Assembly: GCA_044892525.1 (NCBI GenBank) | Contig: CM097885.1 | Span: 71,796,001 to 71,860,000, forward strand | Source: Schmidtea polychroa | Lineage: Eukaryota | Length of the DNA stretch: 64,000 bases | Direction of reading: 5' to 3' | Shown: positions 1 to 13,514 of the stretch, one piece after another | Layout of the letters: the number at the start of each line of letters is the position of its first letter | Position numbering within the stretch: position 1 is the stretch's first letter | Notes under the pieces: generated by a model | The model's database searches: none | What the model saw: only the letters and a program-made list of their open reading frames with translations | Told to the model about the DNA's origin: nothing | Position numbers and translations under genes: made by a program

Positions 1-1698
1 AATACACGAACACTACACAATAAAGAAGTTACTAAAAATCAGAACAAAAGAAGCTCAACCATCCTTTAATAAAATATGGTTTTGTATTTTTCAAGTGAAT
101 TTCGAAATTTGCCGATAATTGCCGAAAATTCGTGAATATCAAAAAAACATCGATATATTTACTGATTCATAGGCAAGCATTTTAATAAATAAAATGTCAA
201 TTGAAAAGAAATCATTGGTGAAAATTGAAAAAGAAATCTTATAAAAATATAAATAATTTTATAGATAATTTAATAATTCCTTTCTTTTATCGTATTGCTT
301 TTTTTTAATAAATCATTGTTTTAGAAAATTTAACAAAAAAACCATACTGTTGGAATGAATAATAAAAATCCCTAACAAAAATTATGTTTTCCCGATCTTT
401 ATTTGACTAAATGAATAAAATTTTAAAAAACTGCCACATTAAAAATAAATGAAATTTTAATTAAAAAATCACATAATTTATCCCTAATAATGGAAAACCA
501 AACCCATAAAATCATTTGTGCACTCATCGAATATCTCGTCATAATTTGTGACTAAAATTTCCTAAATGTGATGGAATTAATTGTCCCAGAATCTGTAAGT
601 GATTCATTCGGTCGCCTGCTGCACATCAATTATTCCCATAAAACTTTTGTGTCGATTTCATGTGACATTTCCTGTTTCGTGTCTATGAGCCAGCCAAGTG
701 GGCTGACTGTCACTGAACGGAATAGATGAATTTCAAATACAACCGAATTCGAATGTCGGTCTAGAACCACTGTCAGCGTTACTGGAGATAAAGCATAAAT
801 AAAGATTTTCATGTAAATATTTACAAAATTTACTGAAGGAATTACGAAATACTTTTAGTCATCAAGTCGGTGTTGATAACGGTACTTTGAATCTTTATGT
901 AATTTTTCTCATAATTTATGCATTTGTGTTAATTTCTTTCAAAGATTGAGTCTCTTAAACTAATGAGTTTACTTTTGTTTTAATTCGATAACAATAATTT
1001 TCAAACAAAAATTTACTTTTCAATAATAATTGGAGTTTTCTTATTATGACATTAAAGTCAAAAATTATTAGAATTTCAAATTGATTTTATAATTATATTT
1101 TTTTATATAAATTATAATTATTTATTATTATGATAAAAATGGAAAGTAAAACATTTGAAAATAGTCAATTAATCGTGATAAAGATAAAAGAATTATTATA
1201 GAAGTCCCAGTTATAAAATTCCAGTTACATAGAACTTAGTGGAAATTAAATATAAATTTGACATTAAAATGCATTTTTATTAACTTATTTAAAAGATTTT
1301 AATTGAAGATTTATTCCATTTCAAATCTGCATAGTTTATTTTCAATTGATTGTGTTGTTTTAATTTTTAACACGTTGACAACCATGTGAGTCACATTTGA
1401 CTCACAACTTTAAAACCGACATTTTTTTACTTTTGACTTTTTAATGTTTTTTTTTATTATTCGCCTTATTAAAACTTTAAGGGATTCTGCAAATTATGGT
1501 GCCAAGAATAATTCTGTTTTAAATAACATTTTATTGAACCAAGGGTGTCCAACCTTTTAGCTTCCCTGGGCCACATTAGACACAGAATGAGTTGTTTAGG
1601 GCCACACAAAAAATATAATGGCTGATGAGAAAATAAAACTTATGTTATATTTATTAATTTCTTATTCCAAAAGTAAAAGACGAAACCAAATTCAGAAA

Positions 1699-3487
1699 TT
1701 AGTGAGACACTTGACTTTGTATTTGATATACTAATGCGTCAATATTCGCTTCGATGCTAGTAGTTGCGATTCTTAGTGATTGCTCAAGGTGCTCATCAGA
1801 TAGTTTTATTCTTTGTGTGCTTCATCCATGAAAATAACTGCTCACAAATGTAGATGCTTCCAAATAGCGATGACATAAATAGGGCATGGTTGTGAAGCGA
1901 GAGATATTTTTCTTTGGGAAGATTTATCTTATAAAAGTAGAGTAAAGAGACTTGATGAAATTTTTCTTTAAGCTGAATGTCAGATTGTAACTCTATGCAT
2001 TCTATTTGAAAATGGGCTGGTAATAAGTTAATTTCGAATGAAAAGGAGTCGCAAATATACCAAAAAGTAGATCATTTTTTCGGAAATCTTGGAACCTATT
2101 CTCAAACTCCGGTATCAAATCTGAAAGCAAAGTTACATATTTTTCGTTGTTCAGAGGACCGTGTTTCGCCAAGGTGTTGAAATGCATAAAATTGTTTGTC
2201 TTAATTTGTGATTGCCATAATTTCAGTTTCATTTCAAATGCTAATATAGTTTGAAACATTGTATTAATAAGTTGGTCTTTACCTTGAAGACGTGAATTTA
2301 ACTCATTTAAATGAGTAGTCAAGTCTACTAAAAATGCCAAATCGGTGAGCCAGTATTCATTGTCAAGTTTGGGTACAAATTTCATTTTCGATTCCATAAA
2401 TGACTTGATTTCATTGCGCAAATCATAAAATCTTTTCAACATGTTTCCCCGGATTAACCATCTAATTTCCTAAAAGTAAATGATATCCTCCTATTCCGCA
2501 TCCATAATTTTAAGAAATTCCTGGAATTGTCGATGATTCAATCCCTTGGCTCTTATAAATTTTACAGCGTCGATGACAATTGGCATTACGTTTTTCATCT
2601 TTAAACATGTTGCGCATAAATTTTCCTGATGTACTATTTCATAAGACATAAATTTTGGGTGGCAAATGCATCGTCTTCTACTAATTTTGCAAGTCCTTCT
2701 CGTTTACCTACCATTGCCGGAGAACAATCAGTTACTATTTCAGACATTTTCGCAACGGACAAAGAAAATCGTTTTAGCGTAGTTTTCACCGCTTCTTGAT
2801 TTAGTTGTGCCTTTTAATGGCACTAAAGAAGCCATTTCTTCAGTGACGTTATATTCTTCATCAATACCTCTAATAAAAATTGCCAGTTGACCTGTGTCAG
2901 TAGCATCAGTACTTTCGTCAATCGCTAAAGCATAAAATTTAAAATTAGTTGCTCTACTCTCCAAAACCTGCTTCGACAGATTTTCCGATTTCTTCAATTC
3001 GCCTGGGTATTGTCTGGTGAGACAAACTGATTTTAGAAAATTCTTCTTTTTTATCAGGGCAAATTATGTCTGCAATGCTTTCCATGCAAAGCTTAATAAA
3101 ATAACCATCAGCAAATGGTTTGGAGTTTTGTGCTATCAAATTTGAAACCACATAACTAGCTTTTACGGTAGAATCCTTTTGAGTTGTAATTTTTTTTAAA
3201 AAACTTTGTTGAGATGATAGACTTTTTTTCAATTCTGTTATTTTGTCTTTTAGACACATTCCTAGATATGAATTAAATTTACTAGCATGTTTTTGCGTAT
3301 AATGCCTCTTCAAATTGTAGTCTCTGAAAACAGGTACAAATTCCCGACAGATTAAGCACATTGCCTTAGTATTTGCCTCAACAAAAAAGTAGTCATCTGT
3401 CCACTTTTCGTTGAACAATCTTCTTTCTTCCATAATTTTTCTCTTTCTTTTTCGTTCGATTTCTTTTTGTGGCGCTGTGGAAGCCAT
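1699..3487 (-). pseudogene. GTF2IRD2/SPIN-like hAT transposase, frameshifted into at least 4 pieces
   Basis: ORFs 2954-3487 (FNEKWTDDYFF, CLICRE, YNLKRHY), 2740-2997 (ALAIDESTDATDTGQLAIFIRG), 2002-2442 (WLTDLAFLVDLTTHLNELN). A C-terminal piece (SLFGSIYICEQLFS...LRIATT) ends at TAA 1699-1701. Confidence 0.88.
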
Positions 3488-4025
3488 ACTGAAATTAAAA
3501 AGATTGATAAATATTTTAAAAATGCAAATAAATACCCCTCGTGATATTATTTTTAATTTGCCTCCTAAATTTGTTGTTTAAGTTGGTAATGCCAATAAAC
3601 ATAAAATTTGAAATCATTTTGTATGCTGTTTTTTTTCTAACCTGACCGCATTTTTTTTACTTTATATTACGGATACCTAAGTATTTAATTTTCATAAAAA
3701 ACAAATTTCGATCATTTCTGGATCTAAAATTCAAAATTAATCCATTCCTTGAGTGGTTAAAAGTAGTAAATAAATTGTTAAATAATAATGATGGTTAAAT
3801 TTAACGGCCAATTTCGTAGCTGACAATACGTGTATAAATCAAATAAAAATACTCTCGTTGTATCAAATTCTAAAATTTAATAACAGGTTTTAAGATTACT
3901 GTAATGTATTGTTATATTTTATTTTATTTTATTTGTTGGCTTTTTTAGTTTCAGGTAAACAACAATTCTGCACGTTGCACGTGGAGAAGGTTTTTTACCT
4001 TTGTTTTTTTTAAAAAAATAAACTA

Positions 4026-4061
4026 TATAGCGATAATTTACCATGGTAAATTATCGCTATA
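4026..4061. repeat. Perfect 36-bp palindrome inside the hAT element
   Basis: TATAGCGATAATTTACCATGGTAAATTATCGCTATA equals its own reverse complement. Confidence 0.95.
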
Positions 4062-4112
4062 GAAAATGGATTACAAAATAAAAAATCCATAAAAAATTGT
4101 TAATTATTATTT

Positions 4113-4455
4113 CAAGCCAAAACCCAACCTAAACTATTCGGAAAACAAGTTTGGAAAATAGAACATATCAAATTTCAAGCCCAAAGCTCAACTTAGAAAA
4201 CTCAACCTAAACTATTCGGAAAACAAGTTTAGAAAGTAAATTATAATCTTGTATCTAACCAGTGTCAATCGAACTAAAGAGCCGAAAGAAATCTCAACCC
4301 AAACTATTAGGAAAATAAGTTTGGGAAACAAATTCTAATCTCGTGTCAAACTATTTACCCACTCAAGTCCGCGCGGATAATCTAAAACCATTAGATACAA
4401 TAATTGGATAAAATAATTGGATAATCTAAAACCATTAGATACAATAATTGGATAC
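4113..4455. repeat. Internal direct repeats of the hAT element
   Basis: Three copies of CAACCYAAACTATTMGGAAAAYAAGTTT, plus a near-tandem duplication of GGATAATCTAAAACCATTAGATACAATAATTGGATA. Confidence 0.8.
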
Positions 4456-5818
4456 CACAGAACCAATAACTAAGGTTTTACTTTTATTTTTTTTATAAAT
4501 AAAGTTTGAAGTTGAAAAATTGTTACTGTTCATTTTTTATAAAGTATTTTTTATTTTTCAGTACATACATTCACCCCAGCTGTCCCAAAACAGTTTCATT
4601 TAAAGGAGACTCGGCTGGGTTCTACATCTTTATTTACACAGCACGAATCATCAAATAAATAAATAACCAATAATTAAAAATAACACATCCTGAACAATAT
4701 AGGAAATTAACAGCATAACAATTACTAAAAAATTTTTTAAGTTTTATTTATAAAAATTTCAGAAGCACAAAAATGTACTGAAAATGCACATATTTCAAAA
4801 TGTTGTACTCACGTACCGAATCTCATAAAAATGTACTGGATTCAGTACTGAAACGGTAGCACTGCCTGTTTGCCAGATATCAGAAAAGCGAGTTAACGTG
4901 TACTTTGGACTTAAAAGTCCCGTGGTACAAGTGCAAAACTGGTACAAGCGCATATTGAAGATTAAACTCAACAGCACTAACAGAATGATTAGGGATTGTT
5001 TGAGAATAATTTTATGAATTATTATAAATTAATAGCTTCATTAAGTTGATGTTTTATTTTTAGTGTTATTAATGGTATTTGCAGCCCAAATCACTCATAA
5101 TTTGTGGAAGTTTACGATTTATCGTTGGGCCGCATTCATAGTAGTCTTAGGCCGCATGCGGCCCGCGGGCCGTGGGTTGGACAAGCCTGTATTGAACAAA
5201 AACAATTAAAATCAAAAAATTAACCACACGTTTTATGAACTCTATTGCAAAATTCGATACAATAATGGTTTAAACGATGTTGAACGATGTTGAACTGTTG
5301 TTCTGTTAGATTTGTGTCAGTACTACGTTCACGTTACCTGTTTGTAACTCTCCAAGCACTTTCTTCTTATTACCTTTTGTTCAACAAAATAGAAATTTAA
5401 AAATTCGCATTGTTGCCAACTTCAAAGACTTTCACCATATAATTATGATCAGTATTTATTTTAATTATACTCTCAATTCTTTGATTTATAATGAGTTTTT
5501 ATTTTCAGGTGAAAACGGTGCGGTGACTTATTAAATGTTCTTTCACAGTAATCATTTGCCATGGTATTTCAGGATTTTCTTAAAGAATCCGTGATGCTTT
5601 CTAATGATGGTTTCTAATGAATCGTGTTCTACAACAGTCAATTAAGTTGAGCTCAAATTTCCTAGTATCACTTAAACGTTGATGGTTTTATATGTAACAT
5701 AGGTATAATGCACTTATAAAAGGTAATGAAAAAGTCAGTTTTCTAAAATTCGTGTTTAATTAAAATACAATGATTTACAAAAATATTAAATGAGGTCATA
5801 TAAATATTTTTATGATTC

Positions 5819-5819
5819 A

Positions 5820-5887
<68 letters not shown>
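5819..5887. repeat. (ATT)n microsatellite
   Basis: Long ATT trinucleotide run; explains the poly-Asn ORF 5743-5934. Confidence 0.95.
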
Positions 5888-5889
<2 letters not shown>

Positions 5890-6967
5890 TTTATAAAGTG
5901 ATGAATTAAATAAATTAAATTTACAAACAATCAAATGATAATTTAAGCCTTTTGTTGCGAATAATATATTTAATACAAATGAAACAATTTTCGACTATAA
6001 GATAGTCCTTGCAAATTTCATTAATGAATTTAAAAAGGCTATCTTAAAATCCGAATTTTTTTCATTTGTATTAATATTATTAATATTATTAATTTTATTA
6101 TAATAATAATAATAATTATAATTATTATTATCATTATTATTATTATTGTTATAACTTAACGATTATATATAAATTTTTGTCAGTAAAAAAATGTCAATGT
6201 ACATTTTTCTGAAATCGCCTTATTTTAATAAACAATAAAACTGATTAATTACAAGTGTATTTCTGTTGAGATAAATTAATTTGTATTATTTATTAACACG
6301 ATTAAAATAATTCAATTAAACAAAATCTATTGATATTTAAAATTTGATTTTCATTATATTCATTAAATTCTTTTTCACATTCTATGATTCCCGCATTTCT
6401 AGTTTCAGGTTTTTAGAGAATAAATAAAATTTAATCAACCTATTCTGCCATGGGTAAATATTTGATTTTGTGCAACAGGCCTGGGAATAAATTTCCCTCG
6501 GTTTGTTCTAACCTCAATTAACCTCAAACGAATTAATTCTCCATCAACTTTAATAGATTCCTTAAAGAAATTAAAAGATTACCCAATATAAAATTGATGA
6601 TTTCGATAAACTTGAAACAGAAAACGTTATAATATTTGCTTGCATTATAACGATTTGGGAAGGGAATGTAGCAAAATGTAACTTTTGAATAATGGTTACT
6701 TGATTTTAATGGAGAATTAATAAACACGTCATAATTAAATGGTTTTTTAAAAATTTAATAAAATAATAATAATAATAATAAAATAATAATAAATTAATAA
6801 TAATAATCCAATTTTTTTTCCAATTTCACTACTGAATTTTTTTTTCCATTGAATTTATTAAAAAGAGAGTTTGAAGACTATAAGTCAGTATTATATCGAT
6901 GCTTTTTGATGCTCACGAATTTTCGGCATTGCCTTTTTCACTTGAAAAATATTATTATTAATATTAT

Positions 6968-8033
6968 TGTTGAGGTCCGTAAATTAAATTAAAATTTAAA
7001 TGAAATTTAGGCTAATAATTCAAATAGAAAGTAAGCGAAGAAAAAAGACAAATAAAAGCGGGATCATGCACAGAATCAATAGTAAAGGAGAGTGTGATGG
7101 AAACAGTATTAGAAAATGCCAAAAGCAATTACGAAAGGCAAGAATCCGGAAATCCGAGAGAAATCAATAAATGGTAAAATCATCGAAATCGAATGGGAAA
7201 ACAGGACAGGTATAGATTAGCTAATGGTCAACAAGATGATGATTAGGGATTTATCAGAAAATGGTTAGGAAGGGTCGAAAAGCATTCAAATGTATGGAAA
7301 CAGAAAACGTTAATTAATTAATTAATTGGTTAATGAAAAACCCAAGCTAATGGGAAACCCGAGCCAATGGAGAACCCGAGAGATAAAGGAAACCCGAGCT
7401 GGGTAAACAAGAAGAAAAGCAAACAGAAGGAAGATTTGGGCCCATTAGCTTGACACAATGATTAATGGGAAAAGAGCAAGGAGAAGATAGCGCGCGTAGG
7501 AAGACCGGAAGGGCCATTAATTATCTGGATTCGTTGGACCATTATGGGTGACAGCCGAAGCAAATATGTGGGAGCAAATGTCAAATGAAAGATTGACTCG
7601 GCAATAACCATTTGCCATCCTGATTTCGAAGAGTATATAAGGAAAGGGAAAATCAGAGAAAATCGGCATTTTGCCTCAGCTAAGGTTGGAAGAAACAGAG
7701 CTTAGGAAAAGGGCGAAAACGAATTAGGGAAAGTAGGGAAAAGAAGAAATAGAATTAGGAATACGGAAAGGCGAACAAGAAATCAAATCAAACAGAAACC
7801 GAGGAAAACGTGGGTCAATAGAATCTAAAGGAATAAAAGGTGAATAATATCTATTTGCAGAGCATCAACGCCGAGCGGAGAATCGTACAAACGGAACTTT
7901 GATTAGTAATTGTAAAGTGGTGATAATAAATTGTGAACCTGTTGTTTCAATATACGTTGGGTCGTTCATTGTTTTGATTTAAAGAACACTAGGAGTCAGA
8001 GGGAACCGACTTAAACTAATCTAAAACCCAACA
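6968..8033. mobile_element. Probable solo LTR
   Basis: Starts TGTTG and ends CAACA; TTAT on both flanks (4-bp TSD); less AT-rich than flanks; internal AAACCCGAG repeats; AATAAA near 7830; no ORF. Confidence 0.55.
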
Positions 8034-11000
8034 TTATTATTATAAAATTATNNNNNNNNNNNNNNNNNNNNNNNNNNNNNNNNNNNNNNNNNNNNNNNNN
8101 NNNNNNNNNNNNNNNNNNNNNNNNNNNNNNNNNNNNNNNNNNNNNNNNNNNNNNNNNNNNNNNNNNNNNNNNNNNNNNNNNNNNNNNNNNNNNNNNNNNN
8201 NNNNNNNNNNNNNNNNAATAAAGTTATATGTATTTAAATAAATAAAAAAATGCATTATAATAACATAACATTCAAAGTGTACACATATAAAACCATTATA
8301 ATTGATAAAATGCTATATTCTTACAATAGACAATTGTAATTCTACTTTCGATAGGTCTAACTTTGAAAAAAACATTTGACTGAAATAAATGTAAAAATAG
8401 CAAAATTATACTACAAAATAAGAATTTGTAATTATCTTGGGAGGTTTTCATCAAAACATCATTGGGGAAGGCCTCCTGTTACTACCGATTGTTATGATTC
8501 TATTATTCCCAGGTGTGTCATCACGAATAATTTGATATTAGGTCGTCATATTCGTTGTGAATTACCTATTAATTGGCATTCTAGCACTCGAAATATTCAA
8601 AGACAACTTACTCACAGAACGAACAGGAAACGATTTTAATGACGTAGTATATTATGGCGTATATTTACCGTGAGCGTGTTTTATATAATAGTAATAACCC
8701 ATAGGAAGCACGGAGTCATGATTCATTCACTTTGGCGCACGACTTCTAGCGTTCCGTCAGAAAAAAAGCACTGCATATATTTGAGGTGTTTTTAGCTGAG
8801 AATTAAATATTTCAATGATTTATTAAGATAATTTTAAATGATAAATAATGGACTTTTAGAAAATTTTTAGAACGAATTTTTTAAATTGAAAAATTGAAAA
8901 ATTAAATAAGCTTTTTAAAAGAAGTTTTATTAGTAAATAATTTTTAAATAAATATATTTTAAATATCGAAATTTTAATAAATGGTTTTGAAAATATTTTA
9001 TTTAACGCTGAAAATTTGTTTGAAAATTATACAATATTTCATTAAATAAATACTTGGAATTATGACGTTAACTTTTTAACCTGATTTAAAAAATAATTTA
9101 AAAGATGTGTTAGCAGCTTCAAATAATATATATTATTATTTGTATATTAAAAATCTATATCATTTTCCATTTCGATATTTTTACACAAAATAAATTTAAC
9201 ATTTATTAACAAGCAAATTTCTATGTTATTAAACTGGTCTCAATCTTGACAAACAAAACCTATCTGTCAAAACAAAATTCTCATTCACAAAATATAATAA
9301 GATAAAATATTTTCGCAGTCGTTCCTTGATTTATTAAAGAAAATAAAATTCATTAAACAAATAATGATAAGAAAACGAAATTTTAATTAATTGCAAACAG
9401 ACCATGTTACACATTTTACTGAGTTTCCATGTCAAATAAATTAATTTTTCTTATTTATATTCTCGATTTTACATATAATCAAAGTTGAATAATATTTATT
9501 TATTTAGATTTTTCTAAAATCTGATACAGAATTAGTAGTGCGAATTTATTATTGATGATATTTTATTTATTTTCATTCTGATAAAAGGTCAAAAATTAAT
9601 TATTTACTCCATTACTTTTGATAACATTGTTGTAGTGTGTTGACTATTACTAAATGTATTTTATCTATTTATAAGTTTAAGGTTATTTTATTAGGTCATT
9701 TATATTGTAATTTTATTTAATTTTAAATAATTTTGATGTATAAAATTAATATATAAATTTTTTTTTATTTCTCTGATCTAGTTAGAATCTTATAATAAAA
9801 GTGTGATCCAGCGTAACAAAGCTTTCAACACACAAGTAAGTTGGTGTGCTACTAATATAAAATTTATTGATTTTATTAAATTATAGAAAAAGTTGTTCAA
9901 TGGAATCGGGTGTATGCAACACATATTTAGGGTTTACTTTTATTAAGTGTTGTTTAATTTATTAATAAATCGATTATTAAGAAAATGCTTGGATGTTTTT
10001 AACCATAGAATAATAGTTGGCCTGGGATCATACTGAAACACTACTGGCAGTGCATTCAACGTACAAATTAATCGTTTATGCCTCTATAGAAAGTCTTGGT
10101 CGGTAGACGGTTGTTAGGAGATTGAAAAATGGGAAAGTTTTCGCGACAAAATCGACTAGTAAAAGGATACAGGAAGGCAAATAAAAACTTAATCGACTTA
10201 ACTTCAGTTTTATATTTAATATATCTTTTTATTTATTTTATTATATTTATTTATTTTTTTATTATATTTATTTTAGAATTGCGAAACTATCAAAATAAAC
10301 TCAAATTCTCCAAGTAAAAAAAAAATTGTTTATATGCAAATATCCAAAATCCTCATTGCTCATTTCTTTTTGTATGTTTTTATAAATTTTCTCGGCTCAC
10401 ACTTTGAGAACCTTCGGACTAACTGGCTTTTTCTCATAAATTTTTTTTATTCTTACAGTTATACGCATTTGGTGGTTTATCAATATGAACATTGGGGTAG
10501 AAAAGGTTTCAAATTAATAAATATAAATCAACAACTTTATATGTATAGTTTAGTATATATGTTGGTTTTAGTCGAATGATCGGAAACAGTGAGGATATAA
10601 GGATAATACGGCACAATTATTTTCTATATTTTCATTATTATATTTAGTGCTTNNNNNNNNNNNNNNNNNNNNNNNNNNNNNNNNNNNNNNNNNNNNNNNN
10701 NNNNNNNNNNNNNNNNNNNNNNNNNNNNNNNNNNNNNNNNNNNNNNNNNNNNNNNNNNNNNNNNNNNNNNNNNNNNNNNNNNNNNNAACCATAAATAATT
10801 GATACCGAAATTTAATTTACTCTGTCAATCACAAATCCTGAAAAAGCTATTGGGAAAGAAATTACAAACGAATCTCCCGATTAAAATCAAAATACTCAAA
10901 ATTTGATAATTGAAAAATTTTAATTAAATTTTGATGCGATATTAACAAGTAAGGTCTTTCGGTTGCCAACGAGCAGCAGAGCAGCCAGCCACGAGTAAAT

Positions 11001-12863
11001 TATGTTGTTAAATCACAATTTTCCTATGTAACATTGAAAATCTAGCATTTTTTGCTTTTGGGAATATCACACTTTCTCTAATCTCACATTATCCAATTCA
11101 ACCGGGAAAAGAAATTTATTTTTTTCATTTCAAAATTGCGAATATATCCCAAATTCCCATCCGAAATATCACAGCATCAATATAGAAAAGTAGCACATGA
11201 TAATGTATTTTTAATTAGTATTGCAAAAATTGAATTTGGATTTAAATTTTTAGTTTTTAATTAAGAATTGTCGGCTGTTAGGAACAGAAGGGGAGGGGGG
11301 TAGCCTTCTTTAGTTAATTATAATGTATAATTTTATGTTTGAAATGAAACCTTTATTTTTATATGCTTGAAAATCTTCAACCACTCAGTAATTAGATACA
11401 CCAATACCGCAATTTGTGTCGTTTATTGGTACCAGAGAAACACGCAATTCAAAATGGGACAAATTGCAACATACTGCAACAAAACTTTTATTTATATTAT
11501 TTTACATTATGAAGTAATAAGATAAAAGATGAGTAGAAATAAAACAACATAAAAACTAATCAATAAATTAAATAAAAATTCAATATAATAAATAAAATTA
11601 ATTAAAACAAACAAAAATTTTAAAATAAAATTAAAAAACGAAATTCTGTGAAAATTCAACAAACATTGGATCTGAAATTTTGCAGATTTGTTTTTGCAAA
11701 TAAATTTCTTTGTATTAGTTGATAGCAGCAGCCACAGATATTGTAACTTTTAAACTTAAAAGACTTCCATTGCATGTAAAATAACGCCGCCGCAACAAAA
11801 GCGCGAAAAAGTAAACTTAGATTAGGAAAATACTAAAACCAAATTAATTCATTCCAATTTATTAAAAAGTAATCAACGAAAAGCAACGCATATTTTTGAA
11901 AGGTTGATAAATTGACACGTTATTTGTCATATTGCGTAAATAGTTCATTATTGGTACTGTTCCGTTAGTTGGGAGTAAATCTTGTAGGCGTCTATTAAGT
12001 TAAACGTATTTTGACTCGGATGCCTCTGGATTTCTGAAACCGATTGATAACGTTGGATCAAATATTCCACCTGATCCTACTCTTTTCGGAAATGATTGAC
12101 CAGCTTGTAGACGGATCGATGTTGACAGTGGACCATGTGCTAAAATGTCCGATGCCAAACCTCCTCTGAATTATTATTATTTTCACACAATTGCACATGT
12201 TCCAAAAGCCAAGCGTAAACCTCGTAATCGGGTCCTGTTGCAGTCGGGTTTAACTAATCACACAAAGTAATTTAGGTTTGTGTTGACATAACTAAGTTGT
12301 TTTCACATTTAAGCCGTGCGCTTTTATCGGGTCACCACAATAACATTTAAAATATACTAATAAATTTATTTAAACGTCTTGTCTCGAGTTTCACTATGAA
12401 ACGCGTAAAATTAGATTTATATTTCGTAATAAAATTAATCAAATTTCAAAGATCAAAATCTGCAAATTCACATATTTCTCATTGGTTAAAAATAAACTGA
12501 ATCAAAGTAAAACTTTTTTGAAGAATTGAAGTAAGAAAAAGGAAATAAAAGAGAAGATCAAAAAGCATTTGAAAATTGAAACAACTAAATTCCAAAAAAT
12601 TGAAAAGGAATTTTTTATAGTTGAAAATTTTTTCATTTTATTGAATATACTTCGCAGCAAAAGGCTTAAATTATCATTTAATTGTTTAACATTTAATTAA
12701 TGCTGCTACCAANNNNNNNNNNNNNNNNNNNNNNNNNNNNNNNNNNNNNNNNNNNNNNNNNNNNNNNNNNNNNNNNNNNNNNNNNNNNNNNNNNNNNNNN
12801 NNNNNNNNNNNNNNNNNNNNNNNNNNNNNNNNNNNNNNNNNNNNNNNNNNNNNNNNNNNNNNN

Positions 12864-13170
12864 ATTTTAAGCTTTATAAACCAACTTTTTAACATGGATG
12901 AGATTAGATAATGAAAGAATAATTCCATTAAAAGCATTAATACTCTGAAATAAAATTTATATATTTCAACATTTCAAAAAACATAATCCTGGATCAATGT
13001 AAAACATAAATTGAAAGGAAAAGTGTGGAAGAAATAAAAGGATTTTAATCTTATTGCATTACAAGAAAATGGTTAAAAGAGTGTGAAAATTGTATAAACG
13101 AAAATTAATTTTGCAGTGAAATTGTAACAGTGATAGTGAATATAAATATTATTAACAATTTCCAGATAAT
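12864..13170 (+). repeat. Duplicated segment representing the empty (pre-insertion) site of the Gypsy element at 15243-20009
   Basis: Near-identical to 15090-15242 joined to 20010-20160, with a single GAAAG at the junction. Confidence 0.85.
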
Positions 13171-13298
13171 TTCCCATTTAGAAATTTTATTTTAATAAAA
13201 TATTTAATTAAATTAGATCACCAAAGCCCCTGAACATTCTCATTTCAAGGTTTATGTATTCAAAATTTTAAAAAACTGGCATTAGTTTAAACAAAAAG

Positions 13299-13514
13299 AA
13301 GTATATATTTGCGTATAAGTCGAGAAATTTACGTCAAATTTTCAAGTCAAAATAGTCACTTTGACTTATACGCGGGTCAATAAACGTGCAAATTAATTTT
13401 AATGAAATCATTAAACCTATTTTTATTTTTGTTACTTCGACTTATACGCGGGTTTCCAATTTAGGACTTAAAAACCTGTTAAAATTTACTCGACTTATAC
13501 GCGAGTATATACGG
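13299..13514. mobile_element. pogo/Tigger-like MITE, copy 1 (one end degenerate)
   Basis: Ends GACTTATACGCGAGTATATACGG followed by TA; inverted homologue of 27530-27728. Confidence 0.75.

Larger units (their letters stand above)
1540..5189 (-). mobile_element. hAT DNA transposon (SPIN/GTF2IRD2/Buster-like), decayed autonomous copy
   Basis: 8-bp TSD TATTGAAC at 1532-1539 and 5190-5197; imperfect 15-bp TIRs CAAGGGTGTCCAACC / CAGGCTTGTCCAACC; GGGCCGCATGCGGCCC palindrome near the right end; transposase fragments inside. Confidence 0.92.

Noticed and set aside
540-812. Less AT-rich stretch with ORF 630-812
   Set aside because: May be an exon or TE fragment, but no recognisable domain.
5743-5934. 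Poly-Asn ORF
   Set aside because: It is the translation of an (ATT)n microsatellite.
11950-12270. Exon-like minus-strand frame (GGLASDILAHGPLSTSIRLQAGQSFPKRVGSGG...) and exon-like pieces at 9800-10120
   Set aside because: No consistent gene model or protein family could be assigned by eye.
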